Source: a virus
Virus record (IMG/VR): IMGVR_UViG_3300045988_106623
DNA length: 39,649 nt
Direction: 5' to 3' (one strand)
A program made the position numbers and the translations under genes. The notes under the pieces were generated by a model that worked only from the letters and a program-made list of their open reading frames with translations, was not told where the DNA came from and searched no databases. Of the stretch, positions 1-5,277 are shown piece by piece. Each line of letters begins with the position of its first letter. Position 1 is the stretch's first letter.

Positions 1-23
1 TTCTTCAGCAAGTTGAAGGACGC
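1..23. repeat. attL core (direct repeat of 39627..39649)
   Basis: ttcttcagcaagttgaaggacgc is identical at both ends. It reads FFSKLKDA in frame and is followed by LS-stop (tga at 31..33). Confidence 0.8.
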
Positions 24-50
24 ACTGAGCTGAGAACGGGTTGGAAAATG

Positions 51-90
51 GCCGCTTTGCCTTGCGGGAGTAGGGCTGAGCGGCTTTTTT
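51..90 (+). terminator. Rho-independent terminator following the reconstituted 3' end of the interrupted host gene
   Basis: Stem 51-63/72-84 (about 12 pairs including wobbles, 8-nt loop) followed by T6 at 85..90. It lies 18 nt after the tga at 31..33. Confidence 0.6.
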
Positions 91-91
91 C

Positions 92-129
92 GTTTTAACC
101 AGTTTTAACGGTTTTTAACCTGTTTTTAC
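92..129. repeat. Four phased GTTTT(T)A(A)C tracts at 10-11 bp spacing (candidate bent DNA or accessory-protein sites in the P' arm)
   Basis: gttttaac at 92 and 102, gtttttaac at 111, gtttttac at 122. The inverse motif GTTAAAAC recurs at 38340..38383. Confidence 0.5.
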
Positions 130-131
130 GG

Positions 132-158
132 AAAATGTGGGCAAAATGTGGGCAAAAA
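132..158. repeat. Tandem 2 x 11-mer AAAATGTGGGC; candidate integrase arm-type sites (P' arm)
   Basis: The 27-mer aaaatgtgggcaaaatgtgggcaaaaa is identical to 39537..39563 on the other side of the att core, in the same orientation. Confidence 0.5.
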
Positions 159-193
159 TCGAGCCCGCGAAGCCCTCTGCCACAACGCGAAAT

Positions 194-253
194 CGGCCCC
201 GTCCGGCAGCAGTCAAGCTCTGTGCGAGCTGTCTGCGATGCCGGACGGGGCCG
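194..253 (-). terminator. Long GC-rich stem-loop downstream of the holin (possible end of the late transcript)
   Basis: The 15-bp arm cggccccgtccggca (194..208) pairs with tgccggacggggccg (239..253). There is no clear U-run. Confidence 0.3.
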
Positions 254-265
254 AACTATGTGTGG

Positions 266-577
266 TCATGCGGCGCGGTCGAGGCGTTGTTTGATGGCGC
301 TGACGCCGATGAGCGCGCCGGCGAGGATGCCGAGCGCGTTGAGCGTGGTCACTATCGCGTCCACGTGAGTCCAACCCCATGCGGGGCCGACCGTGCCCAC
401 GAACACGGCGAGTGCGGGCAGGACGATGAGGCCGAGCCATTTGAGGATGTCGTAGACGCGGCTGGGGATGAGCCAGTCGGGCACGTCATGGGTGACGTCG
501 GCCGTCTCGGGGCAGTCGCTCACATCGACGCCGGGAAGCGTTTCGCCGGTGTCGGTCGTGTTTTTGTTGTCGGTCAT
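266..577 (-). CDS. Holin (two predicted transmembrane helices, charged C-terminus)
   Basis: 103 aa. Hydrophobic stretches WLGLIVLPALAVFVGTVGPAWGW and LNALGILAGALIGVSAI. Lies next to the endolysin. RBS ggagc precedes the ATG at 577. Confidence 0.6.
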   Translation of the reverse strand: MTDNKNTTDTGETLPGVDVSDCPETADVTHDVPDWLIPSRVYDILKWLGLIVLPALAVFVGTVGPAWGWTHVDAIVTTLNALGILAGALIGVSAIKQRLDRAA

Positions 578-605
578 GTTTTGCTCCGATCAAAAAAATG
601 GTGGT

Positions 606-635
606 GATGCCGCCATCGGGAGTAATGGCGGCATC
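606..635 (-). promoter_or_regulatory. Hairpin plus U7 between endolysin and holin (possible attenuator)
   Basis: 11-bp stem gatgccgccat/atggcggcatc with an 8-nt loop. On the minus strand it is followed after 9 nt by ttttttt, then the holin RBS. Confidence 0.3.
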
Positions 636-643
636 GGTTGGTT

Positions 644-1753
644 TTAGCGGCAGGTCACCACGTCACCGGGATAGTAGACGTTGATGTTGCCGGAGGGTAC
701 CGTGCATTGGCTGACGTTGTAGCCGTGGGAGGTGGCGAACTCCCATACGGTGTCGCCCCATTGAAGAACCTTGGAGACTCCGTGGGACGGCGCGGTTGTG
801 GAGCCGCCGCCGTAGGTTACGACATCGCCCACGTAGTAGCGGTTGATGTCACCGCTCGGCGTATGCCATGCGGACAGGGGCCAAGCATCATAGGCTACGG
901 CGAGTCCCCAGATGGTCTCGCCCCACTGCATGACGTGGCTGATGCCACCCGTGTTGGTGTCGGCCGGGGGAGTGCTCGGCTGCACGGGCGCGGGCGTTGC
1001 CGGGGCCGGGGCTGTGGAGCCGGTGGGGTTGGCGTACAGATCCCACTGCCATGCCTCGCCACGGAAAATGTTGAGGTCGATGGGACTCCACGTGTTGACG
1101 ACACCGGTGCCGCTGTACTGTCGCATGGCCTCGCCGTACGCGCCGATCATCCACGGATTGGCCTGATAGCCGGTCGGGCTCATGTTCGCGTATTGGGCGA
1201 TCCACAAACCGTATCGGTCGCGGATGTCCTGCGGGATGGTGCCGGCGACCGGGCCGGTGTACAGCAATGGGCGCACGCCGCCCGAGAGCCGTTCGCACTC
1301 CGCCATGAATCGGCGTACCCAACCCCAATCGCCCCACGCCGGATTATCGTCCATCTCCCAGTCGAGCGCCACGATGCCGTGACGCCAATAGTTGCTGGTG
1401 TTGCGATAGAAGAATTGGGCTTCCGCCTCCGGGTTGCCGCCCATCGCGTAATGGTAGAGGCCGAACTTTTTGCCGCTGGCCTGTGCCTGGGCGATCATGC
1501 GGTTGGCGTCCGTGTTGACGCCGGACACGAGGCAGTTGTTGTTGACTTGGCCCGTGCCCCATGTGGTGCCGACCACGATGAAATCGGCCTGCATGTTGTA
1601 CACGTCCGCGCCGCACTGCCAGTTGCTCATGTCCACGCCCTGCATGTCCGCGTGCGCGGTCGCCGGGAGCAGCATCATGCACACGGCGGCTGCCAGCGCG
1701 GTACCCTTGGCGAGCAGACGCTTCCACAACGGCTTGTCCTTGTTATTGACCAA
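644..1753 (-). CDS. Endolysin: signal peptide + GH25 muramidase + two C-terminal LysM-like repeats
   Basis: GVDMSNWQ... and ...LYHYA... are GH25-like motifs. There are two repeats of the V(M/L)QWG(E/D)T(I/V)W type, and the N-terminus is KRLLAKGTALAAAVCMMLLPATAHA. TTG start at 1753 was chosen because the homologous leader at 4835..4892 has ATG at that position. GTG at 1795 is the alternative. Confidence 0.8.
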   Translation of the reverse strand: MVNNKDKPLWKRLLAKGTALAAAVCMMLLPATAHADMQGVDMSNWQCGADVYNMQADFIVVGTTWGTGQVNNNCLVSGVNTDANRMIAQAQASGKKFGLYHYAMGGNPEAEAQFFYRNTSNYWRHGIVALDWEMDDNPAWGDWGWVRRFMAECERLSGGVRPLLYTGPVAGTIPQDIRDRYGLWIAQYANMSPTGYQANPWMIGAYGEAMRQYSGTGVVNTWSPIDLNIFRGEAWQWDLYANPTGSTAPAPATPAPVQPSTPPADTNTGGISHVMQWGETIWGLAVAYDAWPLSAWHTPSGDINRYYVGDVVTYGGGSTTAPSHGVSKVLQWGDTVWEFATSHGYNVSQCTVPSGNINVYYPGDVVTCR

Positions 1754-1810
1754 TGTTTTCCCCTTTCTCGGGATGGATTGTTGTTTGTGGCCCACGGTCG
1801 TGGGTCAGGA
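1751..1810 (-). repeat. Leader/translation-initiation block, copy b (homologous to 4835..4892)
   Basis: Shares the perfect 29-mer tgtttgtggcccacggtcgtgggtcagga, the RBS and the first codons (M)VNN with copy a. Confidence 0.7.
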
Positions 1811-1837
1811 TTATCGGGGCCCACTCGGGGCCGTCAA
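1810..1837 (-). promoter_or_regulatory. Sigma70-like promoter for the lysis genes (TTGACG-16-GATAAT on the minus strand)
   Basis: On the + strand, cgtcaa at 1832..1837 and attatc at 1810..1815 with a 16-nt spacer, directly after the terminator at 1840..1869. Confidence 0.45.
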
Positions 1838-1839
1838 TG

Positions 1840-1869
1840 GAAAAGCCCCACACGGAATGGTGTGGGGCT
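1840..1869 (-). terminator. Rho-independent terminator after the distal tail locus
   Basis: 10-bp stem agccccacac/gtgtggggct (1844..1853 / 1860..1869) with a 6-nt loop, followed on the minus strand by UUUU (1840..1843). Confidence 0.65.
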
Positions 1870-1873
1870 AGAA

Positions 1874-2206
1874 TCAGTCGATCTTGTACAGGCGGGGAGT
1901 GAACGTCTTATCGACCTCGCCCGTGGTGTTGACGAAAATGTTGCATTGGAGAGTGCCGGCCTTCAAGGTTTTCGGCCCATAGTTACGAGGTCCGAACACA
2001 TTTGCTCCTTCGCTCCCGTCGTCGTGGGAGATATGGGCTTGTATGCCCATCAGCCATGAATTGTTGCCCAGCGGCCAGTCCGTGGCGTCCATCGTGTACG
2101 TGCCCGCGTCCACATGGACGGAACATGTCAGGCTATCCCACGAGTCAACCTTTTGTGTGGTGGAGCCTTTGAACCGGTACGTGCCCGGCGATGGTTCCGT
2201 GACCAT
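1874..2206 (-). CDS. CBM-like beta-sandwich module C. No visible RBS; probably expressed only as a -1 fusion to 2266..2796
   Basis: The 110-aa ORF's frame is open upstream to the TGA at 2285..2287, which abuts the G8 tract. The upstream linker in that frame contains LANLYP, resembling SRNLLAYGP in the neighbouring module. Confidence 0.5.
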   Translation of the reverse strand: MVTEPSPGTYRFKGSTTQKVDSWDSLTCSVHVDAGTYTMDATDWPLGNNSWLMGIQAHISHDDGSEGANVFGPRNYGPKTLKAGTLQCNIFVNTTGEVDKTFTPRLYKID

Positions 2207-2265
2207 AACACCCGGGTCGGTGCCTAATGTTTTAGGCAGTCCGGTGACACGCGGATACAGGTTCG

Positions 2266-2796
2266 CTAGCTCATAGCCCCCCCCTCAAGGCTTGTGACAT
2301 CGGGTTTCATCCACTCGTGCGCGGTGTTCCCGAGTTCGAGTTGGATTTTCAGGTTGCCCGACACGCTGCCGGCCGTGACGCCGCCACGCAAGATGCGCAG
2401 CTCGACGCGTGTGGTCCCCTTGGGGATGGTGACCACGGTGTTGTTTTTCCCCTGATAGACGCCGCCGAGGCTATTCGCGTTGGCGTAGAGGCTGATGACC
2501 AGGTTTCCGGGCACATCGCCCGTGTAGGAGATGATGAGAGGCACGCCAACGATGCCTTCGGGCACGTCGAACTCCCAGCGCACGCCCTTGTGCAATGGCA
2601 CCGATTCGGTGCCGCTGCTGAAATCAAGCGACCCGTCCTGCGCCACGGTGACGGTCAGACCGTTGCCCTCGGCGGGACCGTAGGCGAGCAGGTTACGCGA
2701 CAATACGGTAATCGGCACGGTTTTCGTAATCTTGCCGGCGGTCAGTTTCAGACTCGTGGACCCCGGTTTGATACCGGTTATTGATAGTGCGCCCAT
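2266..2796 (-). CDS. C-terminal half of a Big_2 Ig-like domain + CBM-like module B
   Basis: Starts MGALSITGIKPGSTSLKLTAGKITKTVPITV (the second half of Big_2). Strong RBS aaaggagg. The G8 tract lies in codons 171-174. Confidence 0.7.
   Translation of the reverse strand: MGALSITGIKPGSTSLKLTAGKITKTVPITVLSRNLLAYGPAEGNGLTVTVAQDGSLDFSSGTESVPLHKGVRWEFDVPEGIVGVPLIISYTGDVPGNLVISLYANANSLGGVYQGKNNTVVTIPKGTTRVELRILRGGVTAGSVSGNLKIQLELGNTAHEWMKPDVTSLEGGAMS
2277..2284 (-). repeat. G8 homopolymer (C8 on the + strand) in slippery register G_GGG_GGG
   Basis: The minus strand reads ctt gag ggg ggg gct atg agc tag. The 12-mer TAGCCCCCCCCT is shared with 3265..3276. Confidence 0.9.
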
Positions 2797-2839
2797 ATTG
2801 GGGCCTCCTTTTTATGGTGAAGGCCCCAATATCGGGGCC
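2795..2839 (-). promoter_or_regulatory. Two mutually exclusive hairpins around the RBS/AUG of 2266..2796
   Basis: ggcccc(2822..2827)/ggggcc(2834..2839) forms a local hairpin after the upstream stop. Alternatively ggccccaatat (2822..2832) pairs with atattggggcc (2795..2805), covering part of the SD and the AU of the AUG. Confidence 0.35.
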
Positions 2840-3298
2840 TTAGTTGAGTTTCCTGAGAATTGGGGTGATGGTTGCGTCCACGGTCTTGCCGGGCGAGACA
2901 CTGACGAGCATCTGGTAGTCGCCCGCCGGGAGCGTCGCCTTGACCTTGCCATGCGAGAACAGGTCGATCCTGCCGTCCGTGGATTTGAGCTCGCAGAACG
3001 GGCCGACACCGTCGGCGATCGTGTGTTCGAGCGTGTACTCGCCGGCCGGCAGGTCCTGGGTGACGAGGATGGTCGCCCAGTCGGTCGCTGTGCCCTTCGC
3101 GTGTACCATGCCGTCGCCGGCTGCGGTGAACGTGATTCCGTTGCGCGTGGCGGGCAGGGTGGGCAGCACCCATTTGTTTCCCCATACACTGACCGGGATG
3201 GTCTTTACGATGCTGCCTGCGGTGATGGTGATGGAGGTGTCGCCCTCCTTGAGGGCGCGGACACTAGCCCCCCCCTTAAACGCTGTTGTTGTTGGCAT
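2840..3298 (-). CDS. C-terminal half of a Big_2 Ig-like domain + CBM-like module A
   Basis: MPTTTAFKGGASVRALKEGDTSITITAGSIVKTIPVSV followed by a domain of about 110 aa. ATG at 3298 with RBS aagggg. The longer 240-aa track ORF is an upstream shadow extension. Confidence 0.65.
   Translation of the reverse strand: MPTTTAFKGGASVRALKEGDTSITITAGSIVKTIPVSVWGNKWVLPTLPATRNGITFTAAGDGMVHAKGTATDWATILVTQDLPAGEYTLEHTIADGVGPFCELKSTDGRIDLFSHGKVKATLPAGDYQMLVSVSPGKTVDATITPILRKLN
3268..3275 (-). repeat. G8 homopolymer (C8 on the + strand) in codons 8-11 of 2840..3298
   Basis: The minus strand reads ttt aag ggg ggg gct agt. G7 or G9 would truncate the protein. Confidence 0.9.
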
Positions 3299-3309
3299 GA
3301 TATTGCCCC

Positions 3310-3861
3310 TTACTGTTGTCTGACTGATGCGAGACTCACATCCTTGATGGATGCCGTATACTCCTGCGATGCCGCATCGGGCAGGATCGTCACCTTGAGG
3401 TTCTTGCTCTCGCCGACGCGCAGGGTGATGTTGTCGATGGGTTTGCCGGAATCGTCCGTGACCTTGATGGACTCGGGCGCGTAGGCCGCGCTGATGGACA
3501 CGGCGGCGGAAGTGAAACCGTTGACCGTGGCCGTCACCAATATGGTTCCGCCATGCCGCCACGTGAGCGTGTTGCCCGAAACCGTGGCGGTGGAAGTGTC
3601 CCTGCTCGCGAACGTCACGTCCTTGGTGGTGAGCAGGTCGCCAACATGACCGTCCGCATACGTGGCTTTCGCCCCCAGTTTCAGGGTGCCGGATACGGCC
3701 AGAGACTTGGGCAACGGCTTGCCCTTATCATCCGTGATATTGACGGAGACGACCGTGTCCTTGTCGAGGGGCCACACGAGCTTGCCATTGAACATGGCGT
3801 TGTACGTGTGGCCTCCCATCAACGGTTTGCCGACACGTTTGCCGGCGTATAGGGCTGGCAT
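3310..3861 (-). CDS. Tail-associated protein: N-terminal segment + one complete Big_2 domain + N-terminal half of a second Big_2 domain
   Basis: The complete domain ends ...TATVSGNTLTWRHGGTILVTATVNGFTSAAVSISA. The second stops at ...LKVTILPDAASQEYTASIKDVSLASVRQQ*, in the middle of the fold. Confidence 0.65.
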   Translation of the reverse strand: MPALYAGKRVGKPLMGGHTYNAMFNGKLVWPLDKDTVVSVNITDDKGKPLPKSLAVSGTLKLGAKATYADGHVGDLLTTKDVTFASRDTSTATVSGNTLTWRHGGTILVTATVNGFTSAAVSISAAYAPESIKVTDDSGKPIDNITLRVGESKNLKVTILPDAASQEYTASIKDVSLASVRQQ

Positions 3862-3863
3862 GG

Positions 3864-4730
3864 TCAGGCTCCCTTCACGGTGGCCTTCTTGGCCTTGGCT
3901 GGCGTGGAGTCCTTGCCGGGTTCCTCCGTGGTTTCCTCGGTGGTGCCGGTGTCGGTGGTGCCTTCGGTGGTGCCGGTGGAAGGCAGTACGGTGGTCGCAG
4001 CCTCCGCCTTGTCCTTGACCGCCTGCACCGTCGAATCGATGGCGGCGATGGCCGTCTCGCCCTTCGCCGCGACCATGGAAGCGGTGTCGGCCACGGTCTG
4101 CGAATCGTTGGCGACGCTAGCCGCCAACGTGTTGGCGTTCGACGCGAGGATATTAAGGTCGGACTGGGTGGCGGTCGCGGAATCAGCCAAGGACTGTGCG
4201 CTCAGCATGGCGCTCCTAGCCAACGCGGCGTTCGTCTGCGCTTCGGCCGTGATGGACTCCAACGTGCTCATGGCCATAGCGGCCTTCATGGTCGTGGCGG
4301 TCTCGTCGAAGAGCACCACCGCATCCGGGTATCGGGCGGAAAGCGTCTCAGCCTCCGACTGGGTGGAAGCGTGGCGAACCTTCAGCAATTGGGAGCCCTG
4401 CATGTCCTTCGGGACGAACGTGCCCGCGTCAACCTCCACGAGGTCGGCGTATTCGACCTTGGTCTTGGAGTCCGGCACTTCGACGTAGCGCGTGTACGCT
4501 TGCGGCGAATCAGCCAACTCCACAACCTGCCACACGAAAGCGGGCGTCGTAGGCAGCAGGTCAACCGTCAGCTCACCCGTCTCGGACAAGTCCGCGTCGA
4601 ACGAGGCCGCGATGATGAGGTTCTTGTCCGCGTCGAAATGGCGACGTACCGGACGGAATCGCATCAGGCCGGTGACCGGGTCCAGGCCGCCGGTCTTCGG
4701 CTTCCTGATGCTGATATGGATTTGGGTCAT
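3864..4730 (-). CDS. Putative tail fibre/structural protein (Ala-rich coiled-coil centre, Thr/Glu-rich C-terminus)
   Basis: 288 aa with strong RBS aaggagg. Call rests on position in the distal tail region. No catalytic motif recognised. Confidence 0.4.
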   Translation of the reverse strand: MTQIHISIRKPKTGGLDPVTGLMRFRPVRRHFDADKNLIIAASFDADLSETGELTVDLLPTTPAFVWQVVELADSPQAYTRYVEVPDSKTKVEYADLVEVDAGTFVPKDMQGSQLLKVRHASTQSEAETLSARYPDAVVLFDETATTMKAAMAMSTLESITAEAQTNAALARSAMLSAQSLADSATATQSDLNILASNANTLAASVANDSQTVADTASMVAAKGETAIAAIDSTVQAVKDKAEAATTVLPSTGTTEGTTDTGTTEETTEEPGKDSTPAKAKKATVKGA

Positions 4731-4735
4731 GATTA

Positions 4736-4837
4736 TTACTCCTCCTTAATGGATTCGGTTATGGTTTCGGGGGCTACGTCCGGGCGAAGCTCGTCCGGCA
4801 GCGAGGGCTTGGGATGACGTTTCAAATTGTTGACCAT
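4736..4837 (-). CDS. Small ORF (33 aa) starting MVNN, behind leader copy a
   Basis: ATG at 4837 with RBS aaaaggg. The first four codons and the leader are homologous to the endolysin start. Below the ORF-track cutoff. Confidence 0.35.
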   Translation of the reverse strand: MVNNLKRHPKPSLPDELRPDVAPETITESIKEE

Positions 4838-4892
4838 GTTTCCCTTTTCTCTGGGATGGATATTGTTTGTGGCCCACGGTCGTGGGTCAGGA
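4835..4892 (-). repeat. Leader/translation-initiation block, copy a (homologous to 1751..1810)
   Basis: Same 29-mer plus flanking similarity. Contains the small hairpin cccac-ggtc-gtggg and overlaps the stop of 4887..5192. Confidence 0.7.
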
Positions 4893-5192
4893 CTGTCGTG
4901 GCGCTATCGGCGCGGATTGGATGTCATTGTTGAGCGATGTCCCGTGGCCGTTGCCGCCCAGGCTGTGATAGCTGTCGTAGAGGCGTTGGGAGCGTGATTT
5001 GAGGTCCTCGTCCGCCACTCCGTCGTGCTCGATGACCATTTCGCGGCGCAGGTCCTCCAACTGGCACAGCAGGAGCTCGCGCAGCCCGTTGACCATGGCT
5101 TTGCCCCATCGCCACATCAGGCCCAAAACCGTGGCCACTCCGCCACAGATAAAAGGCACGAGCCAATCGACGACGTGAGCGAGCAAAGACAT
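4887..5192 (-). CDS. Membrane protein (single N-terminal TM helix); function unknown, possibly lysis-related
   Basis: 101 aa. N-terminus WLVPFICGGVATVLGLMW. RBS aaaggag. Confidence 0.4.
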   Translation of the reverse strand: MSLLAHVVDWLVPFICGGVATVLGLMWRWGKAMVNGLRELLLCQLEDLRREMVIEHDGVADEDLKSRSQRLYDSYHSLGGNGHGTSLNNDIQSAPIAPRQS

Positions 5193-5214
5193 GGAAAAGC
5201 TCCTTTACGTTGGG

Positions 5215-5265
5215 AAAACCCACACGTTCGTCCCCGTTGGATAGGCCAACGGGCGTGTGGGTTTT
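5215..5265. terminator. Nested, bidirectional-looking stem-loop filling the gap between 4887..5192 and the recombinase gene
   Basis: Outer 12-bp stem aaaacccacacg/cgtgtgggtttt and inner 8-bp stem cccgttgg/ccaacggg. A/T runs are part of the outer stem on both sides. Confidence 0.5.
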
Positions 5266-5277
5266 CGGAGGTTGAAA

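Noticed and set aside
132-158. Remnant of a second integrase gene at the left end (the sequence matches the int 3' end)
   Set aside because: Identity is limited to the 27-mer plus a short gagcccg. The flanks and reading frame do not match int. The symmetric placement around the att core fits arm-type binding sites better.
638-2059. 473-aa + strand ORF covering the endolysin region
   Set aside because: It is antisense to a gene with clear GH25/LysM motifs. Its Ala/Gly/Arg/Val-rich composition is typical of shadow ORFs in G+C-rich DNA, and it has no RBS.
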